A stretch of DNA of 64,000 nt from Camelus dromedarius (taxonomy: Eukaryota), in assembly GCF_036321535.1 (NCBI RefSeq), contig NC_087472.1:91080001-91144000 (forward strand). The letters run 5' to 3'. The translations under genes and the position numbers were made by a program. A model generated the notes under the pieces. The model saw only the letters and a program-made list of their open reading frames with translations, had not been told where the DNA came from and made no database searches. Shown here piece after piece: positions 50,918-64,000 of the stretch (position 1 is its first letter; every line of letters starts with the position of its first letter).

Positions 50918-53900
50918 TTTTTCTATTGAGATATAGTTGATTACAATATTATATTGGTTTCAGGTGTACAACATAGTGATTCAAAATTTTTATAGATGAT
51001 ACTCCATTTAAAGTTAATATAAAATATTGGCTGTATTTCCTGCACTGTACAATATCAATATATCGTTGTAGCTTATCCATTTTATACATAGTAGTTTGTA
51101 CCTTCTAATCTCTTACACAGATCTTGCGCCTCCCCCCATTCCTCTCCTCATTGGTAACCACAATTTTGTTTTGTATATCTGTGAGTCTGTTTCTTTTGTT
51201 GTATTTACTATTTTTTTAAGATTACACATGTAAGTGATAATATACAGTATTTCTCTTTCTCTGTCTGACTTATTTCACTAAGCATAATACTCTCCAGGTC
51301 CAGCCATGTTGTTGTGAATGGCAAAATTTCAGTCTTTTTTTTTTGGCTGAGAAGTATTCCATTGTGTGTGTGCATAATATATACATATACATATATATGT
51401 ATGTGTGTGTGTGTAAATATATACATATAAAATACACACCACATCTTCTTTATCCAACTTAGGTTGCTTCCATATCTTGGCTATTGTAAATAATGCTGCT
51501 ATAAACATTGGGGTGCACATATCTTTACAAATTAGTATTTTGTTTTCTTTGGATATATACCCAGGAATGGAATTCCTAGATCATGTGGTAGTTCTATTTT
51601 TAGTTTTTTGAGGAACCTCCATACTGTTTTCCACAGTGCCTGTGCCAATATACATTCCCACCAACAGTGTACAGTGGCTCTTCTCTCTTCACTTCCTCAC
51701 CAGCATTTATTTGTTGTCTTCTTGGTGATAGCCATTCTGACAGGTGTGAGGTGATACCTCATTATAGTTTTGATTTGCATTTCTCTGCTGATCAGCATTG
51801 TTGAGCATCTTTTAATGTGCCTGTTCACCATCTGTGTGTCTTCTTTGGAAAAGTGTCTATTCATGTATTCTGACCATTTTTTAATTGGCTTGGGGGTTTT
51901 TTGATATTGGTTATATGAGCTATTTATATATTTTAGGTATGAACTCCTTATTGGTCGTATTATTTACAAATATTTTCTCCCATTACATAGGTTGTCTTTT
52001 TGTTTTGTCGATAATTTTCTGTGCAAAAGCTTCTAAGTTGAATTATGTCCCATTAGTTTATTTCTGTTTTTCTTTCCTTTGTCTTAGAAGACAGATCAAA
52101 AAAAATACTGCTACAATTTATGTCAAATAGTGCTCTGCCTATGTTCTTCTCTAGGAGTTTTATGATTTCAGATCTTACATTTAGGCTTTTAATCCATTGA
52201 GTGTTTTTTTGTATATGGTGTAAGAAAATGTTCTAATTTCATTCCTTTACATGTAGCTGCCTAGTTATCCCAGTGCCACTTATTGAGAAGACTGTATGTT
52301 CTCCTTTCTCATAGATTAATAGGCCATATGTGCATGGGTTTATTTCTGGACTCTCTTCTGTTCCATTGATCTATGTGTCTGTTTTTGTACCAGTACCCTA
52401 CTCTATTGATTACTGTAGTTCTGTAATTACTCTGAAGTCAAGAAGCATGATACCTCCAGCTATTTTCTTTCTCCAGGTTGTTTTGGCTATTTGGGGTCTT
52501 TTTTGTTTCCATACAAATTTTAAAAGTATTTGTTCTAGTTCTGTGAAAAGTGCATTGGCATTTTGATAGGGATTGCATTGAATCTGTAGATTGCCTTGGG
52601 TATTATGGTCATTTTAACAATATTCTTCCAATCCATGAACAAACTATGTCTTTCTGTCTATTTGTGTCATCTTCAGTTTCTTTTATCAGTGTCTTACAGT
52701 TTTCTATGTGCAGGTCTCATATCTCCTTAGGTAGGTTTATTCCTAGGGATTTTATTCTTTTTGATGTGACTATAAATGGGATTGTTTTCTTAATTTCTCT
52801 TTCTGGTAGCTCGTTGCTATTGTATAGAAATGCAGCAGATTTCTGTATATATTGTATCCTGCATTTTTACTGAATTCATTGTTGAGCTGTACTGGGTTTT
52901 TTTTGATAGTGTCTTTAGGATTTTCTGTGTATAGTATCTTGTCACCTTTAAATAGTGACATTTTGACTTCTTCCTTTCCAATTTGGATGCCTTTTATGTC
53001 TTTTTCTTGTCATTGCTCTGGGTAGGACTTCCAATATTGTGTTGAATAAAAGTGGCGAGAGTGGGCATCTTTGTCTTGTTCATGATCTTAGAGGAAATGC
53101 TTTTAGCTTTTCACCATTGAGTATGATGTTAGCTGTGGACTTACCATATCATATATGTGGACTTTATTATGTTGAGGTGCATTTCCTCTGTACCGACTTT
53201 GTGGAGGTGTTATTTTTTTTTATCATAAATGGATGTTGAGTTTTGTCAAAAGCTTTCTCTGCATGTAAGAGATGATCATATGTTTTTTATCCTTCAGCTT
53301 ATTAATGTGGTGTATCATGTTGATTTGTGGATATTGAACCATCATTGTCTCCCTGGGATAAATCCCACTTGATTATGGTATATGATCCTTTTAATGGATT
53401 GTTGAATTTGGTTTGCAAATATTTTGTTGAGGATTTTTGCATATTATGTTTGTCAGTTATATTGGCCTATACTTTTTCTTTTACTTTCTTTCTTTCTTTT
53501 TTTTTTTTTCTTTTTGGTGATATCTTTGTCTGGTCAACGTTGGCCTCATAGAATGAGTACAGAAATGTTCCTTTGCAATTTTTTGGAATAGTTTCAGAAA
53601 GATAGGTGTTAACTCTTCTCTTAATGTTTGGTAGAATTCGTTTGTGAAGTCATCTGATTCTGGGCTTTTGTTTGTTATGAGCTTTGATTATTACTGATTC
53701 AGTTTTATTACTGGTAATTGGTTTGTTCGTTTTTCTTCCTTGTTCTGTCTTGGGAGATTGTGCATTTCTAGGAATTTGCCCATTTCTTACAGGTTGTTCA
53801 TTTTATTGGTGTAGAATTATTTTTAGTAATTTCTTATCCTTTGTATTTCTGTGATATCAATTGTAACTTCTCCTTTTTTTCTTTTTGATTTTATTGATTT

Positions 53901-56075
53901 AGGCCCCCCCCCTCTTTTTTTTAATGAGTCTGGCTAAAGATGTGTCAATTTTGTTTATCTTTTCAAAGAACCAGCTCCTAATTTCATCGATCTTTTGTTT
54001 TTTTAAGTCTCTATGTCATTTATTTCTGCTCTGATCTTTATTTCTTTCCTACTAACTTTGGGTTGTGTTTGTCCTTCTTTATCTAGCTCCTTTAAGTGTG
54101 AGGTTAGGTTGTTTATTTGAGATTTTTTTGTTTCCTGAGGAAAGCTTGTATCACTATAAACTTCCCTCTTAGAACTGCTTTTTCTGTGTCCCATAGATTT
54201 TGGATAGTTTTGTTTCTGTTTTCATTTGTCTCCAGGTAGTTTTTGATTTCCTCTTTGATTTCTTGAAGGAGCCATTGGTTGTTTAGTAGCATATTGTTTG
54301 GCCTTAGTGGGTTTGTGTCTTTTGCAGTTTTTTTCTTGTAGTTGATTTCTAGTCTCATGGCATTATGGTCAGAAAAGATGCTTGACACTGTTTCAGTTTT
54401 CTTAAATTTACCAAAAGTTGTTTTGTGGCCTAGCATGTGATCTATCCTGGAGAATGTTCCATGTGCACTTGAATCTGTGTTTTGCTGCTTTTGGATGGAA
54501 TGTTCTGTACATAGCATTAAAGTCCATCTGGTCTAATGTGTCATTTAAGGCGATTGTTTCCTTACTGATTTTCTGTCTGGATGATCTGTCTATTGATGTA
54601 CATGGCGTCCCCTACTATTACTGTGTTACTATCAGTTTCTCCCTTTATATCTGTTAATATTTGCTTTATGTATGTAGATGTGCCTATGTTGGCCACATAT
54701 ATATATATTTACAATTGTTAAAATCTTCTTGGATTGGTCCTTTGATCAGTATGTAATATCCTTCTTTGTCTCTTGTTACAATCTTTGTTTTAAAGTCTGT
54801 TTTGTCTGATACTAGTATTGCTATCCTGGCTTTTTAAAAAAAAATTCCACTTGTATGGAATACCTTTTTCTATCTCCTCACTTTCAGTCTGTGTATCTCT
54901 AGATCTGAAGTGAGTCCCTTGTAGGCAGCATGTATATGGGTCTTGTTTTTGTATCTACTCAGCCATTCTGTGTCTTTTGATAGGATCATTTAGTCTGTTT
55001 ACATTTAAAGTAATTATTGATAGGTCAGTTCTTATTGCCATTTTGTAAGTTGTTTTGGGGTTGTTTTTTGTTCCTTTTTTTCCTCGTTTTGATATGATGA
55101 CAATCTTTAGTATTATGTTTGGATTCCTTTCTATTTTGTGTGTGTATGTATTATAGATTTTTTGGTTTGTGGTTACCATGAGGTGTACACACACAAAATT
55201 ATTTCAAGTTGCTGATCTCTTAATTTCAAATTCATTTTAACAACCCTTCGTTTTTACTCCGTACGATTAGTTTATAATTTTTTTAAACATTTTGTTTTTT
55301 GTATCCCTTAACAACTTATTGTGGATATAGACGATTTTACTATTGTCTTTTGAACTTCCTACTATCTTTGTAATTGGTTGATTTATTACCTTTACTGTAC
55401 ATTTGCCTTTACCAATGAGCTTTTAGCTTTTGTAATTTTTATGTTTCTAGTTGTGGCTTTTTTTTTCCCCCTTTGAGAAATCCCTTTAACATTTCTTGTA
55501 AAGTTGGTTTGGTGGTACTGTCCTTTTTTTAGCTTTTGCTTGTTTGTAAAACTTTTGATCTCTCCATCAGATATGAATGAGAACCTTGCTGGGTAGAGTG
55601 TTCTTGGTTGTAGGTTTTCCCCTTTCATCACTGGTTTCTGGAGCATATGAGATTTTGTATGCACCCTTTTTAAGAGTGGAATCTCTACTTCTCACAGCCC
55701 TTGATTCTTTTAAAGCAAAGCCCTGCTGGCCTTCAAAGCCAAATGTTGTGGGGGCTTGTCTTCTCGGTGCAGGACCCTTGGACTGGGGAACTCAGTGTGG
55801 GGCCTGGACCCCCTGCTCCTTGGGGAAAACCTCTGCAGTTGTAATTATCCTCCTGTTTGTGAGTCACCCACCTAGGGGTTTTAGTCTTGACTCTTCATGA
55901 CTCTCTCTCTCCTACTTATCTGATTGTTGTTCCTTTCTTCATATCCTTAGTTGTGGAAGATCTTTTCTAGTAGATTCCAGTCTTTCTTATCAATAGTTGC
56001 TCTGTAAATAATTGTAATTTTGGTGTGCTTGTGAGAGGAGGTAAGCTCAGTGTCTTCCTACTCAGTCATCTAGCT
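50918..56075 (-). mobile_element. Degraded L1 spanning 3'UTR to 5'UTR with a large internal ORF1 deletion, inserted in an older L1M 3'UTR
   Basis: ORF2 peptides ([44 protein letters not shown]). The ORF1 C-terminus (NLQPRTLYPARFSF) joins the 5'UTR abruptly near 55630. Host L1M sequence lies at about 50800-50915 and 56080-57200. Confidence 0.92.
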
Positions 56076-59000
56076 GTAAACCCTTTCTGTGTGCTTTGTA
56101 AATTGCTCCCTCTCTATGTGTGCACGTGTGCATGTATGTTTATATGCACATAATACATACATATGTTTTCTTCCTGAACCATTTGAAGGTAAGTTGCATA
56201 CTTTATGACCTTTACTCCTAAATGCTTCATTGCTTAATTTCTAAAAATGATATTCTCATATATAACCACAACATAATTGCTAGGTCAGTTAATGTATTAA
56301 ATTCAGTAAATTTAATATTGATAGAATACTTTTCCTAATTTGCCATCCGCATTTCATTTTTGTCAGTTGATCAGTTCATTTCTTTTATAATATTTTCTTC
56401 ATTTAGTACAGGATCCAGTCTGGGATCAGGTATTGGATTTAGTTGTTATGGTTGTATCTCCTTTAATCTGTGGTTTTTCTAGCCTTTGTCTTTTTTGACA
56501 TTGTTACTTTTAAGATGACATTCTCACCTCCCAGTCACTGCTTTTTTTTTAAGTAAATAGACTGTTTCTCATTTGGGGTTTGGCTATTCTTTCTTGAGTA
56601 GTTTCAGATTATGCATTCCTGACTGGAGTAATAGGAAGTGCTATGTTCTTCTCAGGATATGAAATCTGGAGGCATATGCTGTCCATCTCTGTCCCTCATT
56701 GTTGATGTTAATTTTGATTACCCTGTCAAAATATTGTTCGGTTTATCCACCGTACAGTTAAATTTTACCCCCTTGCAACTAAAATGTAATTCTTCGTGGA
56801 AACACTTTAAGACCATTTTTATAGCATATTCTTCAACCAAATTTCCCCCTAGATTTAGCGTCCATTGATGATTCTTGACTGAAGCAGTCTGTACTGTGAT
56901 GGCTGCAAAATGATTTTACAACTCCAGCACTGCCTGCATATGTTTACCAGTTGGATTCCACTGTAAATGAAAGCCCTCCCTCCTCCTTTGTGTATGTGTG
57001 CATGTAATTATTATTGATAAGGACTCAAAGCTTCCTATTTTCTACAGGCCTATAATTTATTACTGTCCTTGATTATTTTGATTGTCAAATTATCACAGAT
57101 AAGACCAGTGGGAGCCTCTTCATGCTGACTCTCAGGTCCTTATGATGAGCTCCTATCACTTTTTGAGTACTTCTCCACTCTAGCTTAACACATTCTAGTG
57201 AAACTACAGTTCCATACAAGAGACCTTCAGATACACAAGTGGCTTCAGAGTAGTGTGTTAGGTGCTCCTGTGAGGATAAGCATAGCCTGCTGTGCAGGTA
57301 GGAGGCGAGTGTCAATGGAAACCTCCTTAAAGGAGGAGGTGCCACCAATAATGACAGGTATGGGATCAGTATGGTTTGGGGAAGCAGCAGGGAGGGAGGA
57401 AGATAGAAATGTATCTCAGGCAGATGGATGATCATTAGCTAATGCCCTGAGAGGAGGTGGCATGGGACATCCATGCACAGGATCACACATGGCTCTGTTT
57501 TGTTGAGATGCAAAGAGTGGAGAGGACATCATCAGATTTGCATCTTCCAAAGCAAATACTCTTGTGATGTGGAGGAAGGCAAAACCTGAGGCAGGAAGAG
57601 CGGCAGGAAGTTGCTGCTAAAATATTGATGAGAACAATAATTAGACGTGCCCTGAAAAATAGTAACTCATGCTTCCTGACTTGTTACTGTTTGCTGATTT
57701 TTCTACAGCCCTACAGTTATTTCCATTTTACACATGAAGCTTCAAAGGCCTAAAGATTGAGTTTCTTTCCTAGTTACTACTATATGACAGAAGCAGATTG
57801 CTAACCATCAACCACTTGACTTAATGTTCTTGTTTAGTTGGTTGTGCAAGAAAGGGAGGTAAAGGATCACACTCTGGTTTTTGGTTTTGTTAACTGAGTG
57901 AATAATGGTAACATTGATGGAGACAACACAGCATTTGGGGATGGATTTTGGTGAGGCATTCCTTTCTGGACATATTGACTGATATCTTTGGGTATATCCA
58001 GATAGTGCTATGCAGTAGGCAGTAGTCTCTATGTGTATGGAGTCTTGGAGAGAGCATGATGCTTAAGATAGCAATTTGAGGATTGTCAGCCTTTCAGTGT
58101 TACTGAAACCTTAGTAGTAGTCATCACTGGACACAAGGATGTAGAATGAGAAGCAGTGGCCACTTAGGGCAAAAACCAGGCAAGTGAGTGGGAAGAAACC
58201 AGGCTAATGTGATGTCATAGAGGCTCAAAAAAGGAAGGAATAATCAGTAGTGTCAGATGCTGCAAAGGTCAGGGGGCATAGGGACCAGAAACTACAGCCT
58301 CTGAATTTAGCAGCAGAGTGATGATGAATAGAGTATTTCAGTGGATCAGTTTATGAGCCAGGTTAGAGCAGACTAAGGAATGAATTGCAGGAAGCAGAGT
58401 AGTATAGAGTGGCCAGGAAGCCTATATATGTGAGAATTGGAAATTACCTTTATTCTTTTCCCACATTCTAATTTTCAGGTTCATTAGGCATCTTCCATGT
58501 TGATGGTTGGAAGTCATTAAAGCAGTCCCTAATAGCTGTTTTTACCTATGGTTAGGCAGGGTCTCAATACACTGGGGGTTTGTGGCCACCTTGTAGACAA
58601 AAAGTTTATATAAATCTTGACAGTCTTGGCTTGGAAGGAAGAAGAGAGAGGTAGATGCCCAGTAAAAGTCAACAGATGGCATGGAAAGTCAAAATCCTTG
58701 CCTATGAAAGTCAAATTTGAGGTTGCATGGTATTTATTTTTTAGTTATATACTTAAATATGAATCAGCAAAAGAAATTCAATATTTTCCTTAAACATTTT
58801 AAAATTTAAAAATGTTCTCTGTAGTTCTATACATTGCCACAAATAATGGTGTGATTTAAAGTTTCTGGCCTTTTTGCAAGAAACAGATTTGGTGTGGGGT
58901 GACCCTTCCTTACGTGTGTGGTTTAGTCATGTGTCTTATAATCAGGATTTCCATGCATCTTATGAAGATGCAGGTGTTTACCCCTCATTCTTAAAAGTAT

Positions 59001-59911
59001 TTGGCCATCTAGTGAGTGAACACAGCAGAAATATTATGAGATTGTATACACTGTTTTTTCCCCTTACAAAAAATGGGGAATATAGATTAAAAAGTGGATC
59101 TATTAATTGCCTCTTGATGCTGCCACTTGATTTATGATTTCATTGTTACTCACTAGTTACCTTTATTTACATGGGTGCTTAACTTGACATGTACCAGTGC
59201 AATTGGGGATCACTTTGCTCTACTCAGACTGTACCCCCAAATCCTAGCATCTTAACACTTGTGCCAGTGGCACCAGAACTATGTAAAAGTCTAACTAGGC
59301 AGGTGTGGCTGCTGATGGACCACCAGCATCATCTTTGGAAACAAAGGATTCTACATTTCCATTTTTGTTTGCCTTGTTGTTTCATTTGGACATTGGGTTT
59401 CCTTTACTCAGACTTCAAATTCAAACCTTTGGCTTCAAAGTGTAGGGAGAGTGTAAGGCATACAGGAGAAGTGTGCTTTGTGGTGTTACTGTCAAGTCCT
59501 GTTGCCTTATTATATCACTTCAGACATTAAAATGATTACTGTTTTAGAGGAGTAATGTGATAGACCTTAGGAAAACATGGGTGATCATATATAGTTAGGT
59601 CCTTTCTCAAGACTAGAAAAATATGGTTGCCACATAATAATACTCTGTATTTTTTAATCAAGCTAATTTCTTTCTTTTTTTAAACATTAAAATGGAACTG
59701 AAGTTTTGAGAGTATTTTGTTGTTGTTTTTAAACCAGTGATTGGCTATATTACATCAGAAGAAGTCTTTGGCTAAAAAGAATTTCAGTTTTCCAACTTTA
59801 GAATTAGTTATACTTATTTTAGATATCTCCATTTTAATGTATTGATGGTTTCTATTGGAATAAAGTGAAATATGTAATTAAATTTAACCGTACTTTCATT
59901 TCTTTTCATAG

Positions 59912-60001
59912 AAAATGACTGCAGTATTGGAAGATCGTTACTATTGGAAGGCCGGTTAGCATCCATTTCCTAAGAGAAACTTGACCACCATTTTCTCTGG
60001 C
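59912..60001 (+). other. TAB3: 5'UTR portion (90 nt) of the first coding exon of TAB3, containing a uORF at 59915-59959
   Basis: Acceptor TACTTTCATTTCTTTTCATAG|A with a branch-like TTTAAC upstream. Confidence 0.85.
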
Positions 60002-60103
60002 ATGGCGCAAAGCGGTCCACAGCTTGATATGCAGGTTCTCCATGACCTCCGACAACGTTTCCCTGAGATTCCAGAGGGTGTGGTGTCTCAGTGCATGTTA
60101 CAG
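60002..60103 (+). CDS. TAB3: TAB3 (TGF-beta-activated kinase 1 binding protein 3), first coding exon, N-terminal part of the CUE domain; gene continues beyond the window
   Basis: Translates to [34 protein letters not shown]. This matches recalled TAB3 ([34 protein letters not shown]) better than TAB2. Strong Kozak GGCATGG; phase-0 donor CAG|GTAGAT. Confidence 0.96.
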
Positions 60104-60220
60104 GTAGATTACCCCCTATTGATAGTGATGTTAAATTAGAGTTTCCTTATTAGAGCTGGCTTTGTGTTGTGACTAGAACTCAGTTAAATTTTCTTGTTTA
60201 TGTTGAGGGGACATTTAGAG

Positions 60221-60421
60221 CAGGATTTCTCAACCTTGGAACTGTCGACATTTTGGGCTGGATAATCTTTGTTGTGGGGAGCTGCCTTGTGCATTGTGGG
60301 ATGTTTAGCAGCAGCCCTGGCCTCCACCCACTAAATGCCAGTGGTATCCTCACAGTCGTGAAAACCAAAACTGTCTCCGTGTGCCATGGGAGACATGATC
60401 TCCTGGCATTGAGAACCAGTG
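60221..60421. mobile_element. MER20 with perfect 8-bp TSD
   Basis: CAGGATTTCTCAA...TTGAGAACCAGTG flanked by ATTTAGAG at 60213-60220 and 60422-60429. Confidence 0.88.
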
Positions 60422-63103
60422 ATTTAGAGAAAAGAATAGAGGCATTTAACAAAAAGATTCTTCACCCATTATACTTCTTAAATTTGGGGGTTGTGTCATC
60501 AGTCCCTGAATTCTTAGAATTGAGTTTTGAATATCAAATTTATCTTTATAACTTCTTAGGCTGTATACTTTTTTAGCCTATATTTAAGAGTTTTTAGAGT
60601 CCACTCCCTTTCTTACTGATTTTCTAGTTGGTAAATGCTTACTAATACGTAATTTTAAGTATAAGGCCACTTTCTTTAGCGATTTTAAATACATTATTTT
60701 TGTCTTATTGCCTTTTATTGAAATAAATCTTCCATCTCTGATAGAACATGTCTTCCCACCCAAGGGGCAACATAGAAATAGGCCTGACACTTCCCCTGTT
60801 GGGTTTTACATCATCCTTCACAGAATCTCAGTGTATTTTCGGTTTTAGCATTTCCCTAGTTGGTTGACGTTTGGAAGCAACATTTCTATCCTACCCACTG
60901 GACTTCCTCACGGACACAATCAGTTCAGACTCTACGTTATTGCATGATATATGCATGCTCTACCTTACTATATTGGGAGCTGCTCAGGATATAATGTAAG
61001 CCTATATATAGTTGAGGTTAATTACAAATAGAGACTCATAGATCATTGGTGGTGATAGAGGTGCTTCCTTTGTTTGTAAGCCCTTCTACTAGGTGCAGAC
61101 CTTTAGGCTTACAGCTTTTATATTATAGTTTGTCTTTATTTTTCCTAACATACATTCCTCATCTGAATTTCCACCCTTTCCTTTAGCCCCATTTTGGTTT
61201 CTGGTGGAGCAGAGATACTTCCCACTGGAGTGAAACCAAGCATGAATGAGGCTTCCAGTTTAAACCACTTCCTACCAAGTACCTTCCTCATCTATCTTAG
61301 GGCCCCACCCAGCTCTGACCTTGTTTTTTAATTTAATTTTATTTAGCCCTTTATTACCTATATTATTTTCATGGCTAAGTGCCTTCATGTTACTTACTGA
61401 ATTGAAAGAAGAACTTCAAATTCAACTCAGTGAACATTTGTTGATAACTTACATTGTCCTCAGTCTTAGTGTTTTTTGTTCCTTTGGGATTAATATTGTT
61501 TATTGGTATAGAGACTTAACACTTACCAGCTCTGGGAAGTGTCTCTGTTTCAATTAAAATAAGATACTCAGTACTTTACAGTTAATACACCAGTCCTAAA
61601 ACCTCTCTCTAGGATATCATCCCCCAATTTAGGATAGCTTTTTAGGGATATGATATTTTTTTTGCCTCAGTCCTTTCACGAGTGTTCATACATGCCTTCT
61701 TAAAAATCCAGTTCTCTTTATCCAACTAAATAATTTTAATTTCTTTATTCTTCATATTTAGTGTTTGATAAATTATCTCATTTTTTTTCTTTTTAAAACA
61801 GCAGGTCAGATATATTTGAATCTATTCTATAGGTAGTATTTTGAAAATACTAATAATGTAAAGATATTACTTAAATATCTTATATTTGTGGTTTTAAATT
61901 TTTCTTCATAAGACAGTGTACTCCACTTTGTCACTGTAGACATACATTTGAATAGGCTGACAAATTTAACTGTGTCATTTTGATTTTGGATCCTTTTGTG
62001 GGAATATTAATTAGGCTACCTAATTCATTGTAGAAAACATGAAATCTTAGGATCATTAATAAAAATGTCAGATAGTAAAGTGTCCATGACTGCTTTAGAT
62101 TTCAAATAAAACCCTAGTTTTTGTTCTCCTTTTAATTTTCAAGTTTATAAAAAAAACTTGGAGGTACTTTATTTTCACTTTTTGTATTTCTTTTCCCTTC
62201 AGTATCTGTCAGTGATGTTTTCTTCTAGTTGTCAGTCAGTTAAAATCCTTTCGCTCTAGATTTGCTTAATATCTGGGTTTCCTTCCTCGGTCAGCGTGAT
62301 TTCAAGCAGTATGAGAAAAAGGCCAAACTTAATTGTTTTCTTCTGAAATTTCAACAGTTACTTTTTTCTATGGCTCAGAAAGTATTTTTAAAAAGTATTT
62401 GAATTTTAGTACCAAAAGGTTTAATTAAGGAAAAGTATAAAAGTTATTATGCCAATTCTTTACATTTCTGAGAATTCATTTTACAAGGGTTTGCTTGACA
62501 GAATTTTCTTTTATTCCCTAAAGCTTCAGTATAGTAGTGTACTTTTGGCCTAACGTCTTATCCTTTGAAATTACTGTGTTTTAGTAGAAAGGGCACTGAG
62601 AGTCAGGAGACCAAGAATCTGGAACTGACTCTCCATTTACCTAGTTAAGTGCTTGTTTTCAAGTCATGTAACTTCCCAGGCATCTCTTTCCTCATCTGTA
62701 AATGAGTTGAATTGGAGTAGGTCAACCCCAAGCGTTCTCCCAGCTCTAAAATGACGTTATATGCCCCGTTTTAAATTTAACTTTATTTGGTTCTCAGCAG
62801 AAGTGAAGTGTTTGCTTTCATTTTTATATAAAATGTACTTTCTCCTAAAGTAAATATGCGGTAAGAATATGTACATATCTATATATATATTTATGAAATA
62901 CAGAAAAGGTCATGATAATTGAGAAACTTTCAGATTATTTGAAAAGCAGTGAATAATAGTGTTTTAGGCTAATAAAGTAGTTCTGAATTCTGTATTTTAA
63001 TGGAAAACTGCCTTATAGTACTGTAACATTTTAAAAGGAGGGAGCCTTTTATTTGATTACTGTCTGTTGGAACATCTGAAATGTCAGTTTGGTGGGTGGG
63101 TGG

Positions 63104-63142
63104 GTGTGTGTGTGCGTGTGTGCGTGCGTGCGCGCGCGCGTA
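63104..63142. repeat. Alternating purine-pyrimidine (GT)n/(GC)n tract
   Basis: Read directly: GTGTGTGTGTGCGTGTGTGCGTGCGTGCGCGCGCGCGTA. Confidence 0.9.
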
Positions 63143-64000
63143 ACTCAAAAAGATCAGATCTTTCAATGATTTCGAAAGTTTACCAAGCTACTTTTCAGTG
63201 GGTAAAAACTTTTGAGACTGGGGGGGTGTGAATAAATTTCATAAAAGCAGTTGAGACCTGGTTTTGTGTTAAATTAACATAACTTTGGTGAAGTCATGGT
63301 ACCGTAATTCAAAAAGTGGATTTTTTTTCCTTTACTGATTTGTTTGTTTAACTTAATCTTTCATAATACAACAAGATAGTTGAAGTTATATAGGGATAAC
63401 TTAGTTACCTGCATGACAGTTATGTTTCCTCAGGGGCACCCAATCCACAATAGGTGATCAATGTGTTGAAAGAAAAGTAAAGGCTGCTTTAGATTTTTTT
63501 ATTGTTTTGACTCTAGGAATTTTATTGTAATTTTTTTCTCTTTGGGGTTTCAGTGCCTTTTGAAAACTAAAGCATGGTTATTTTCATGTTTATCAGTTTA
63601 AATGTTAATGATGGATATTACTTATACTTGTATATTGCAGCAACTGTGGTGAATCCAAGATAGCCCAGCATCTCAATTTGTTGAGATGCAACAAGTGTAA
63701 AATGAGTCCTGGATTTGGAGTCAGAAAAGTTGGGGTTGAGTCACAGTGTTCATTAGTAGGTACTTTACATTTCTGTAGCAGTAGCAGTAGTGGTAGTACT
63801 AGTTATGTGAGCTAAATGTCTGTAAAATAATATAAATCATTTGGGACCTCCTTTTCAGGATAGATGACCATGAAGCTTTTTGTGCTTAAAATACTATTCT
63901 CTACTTATTCTGTGACAATTGTATTTACATAACTCTCTGGCAAAGCTTGACTTTCATTATTAGGGTTTGTTAATTTTGCTAATGTTACTTTTGCCATTTT

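Noticed and set aside
60104..64000. Second TAB3 coding exon (expected to begin NNNNL)
   Set aside because: No such exon found in the window; it presumably lies beyond position 64000.
1..64000. CRISPR arrays, rRNA, operons or prokaryotic defence systems
   Set aside because: The sequence is clearly mammalian, and no regularly spaced repeat-spacer arrays or such genes were seen.

Overview
This is mammalian genomic DNA, most likely camelid: two tRNA-derived SINEs resemble the alpaca Vic-1 family. The window covers the 5' part of TAB3 on the + strand (X-linked in human). It contains a CpG-island promoter with non-coding exon 1 (donor after 13494), a probable non-coding exon at 36697-36801, and the first coding exon at 59912-60103 ([34 protein letters not shown], start of the CUE domain). 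The rest of the gene lies beyond the window. The left edge carries a decayed processed pseudogene of TRPT1 (- strand). The remainder is mostly transposon-derived: ERV/MaLR LTRs upstream, large mostly antisense L1s in the introns, MER DNA transposons and microsatellites. Nearly all ORF-track entries are L1 fragments or chance ORFs. I cannot show a wholly new biological system. The best leads are: (1) a uORF in frame with TAB3 and separated from it by a single TAG, with a candidate ATG-donating microexon in the same frame; (2) a miniature L1 3' transduction; (3) a 38-bp L1 insertion with a perfect 15-bp TSD; (4) a ~340-bp inversion bracketed by perfect 34-bp inverted repeats; (5) locally templated insertions inside a TA/CA microsatellite. 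Protein and repeat-family names come from recalled sequences, not from a database search.
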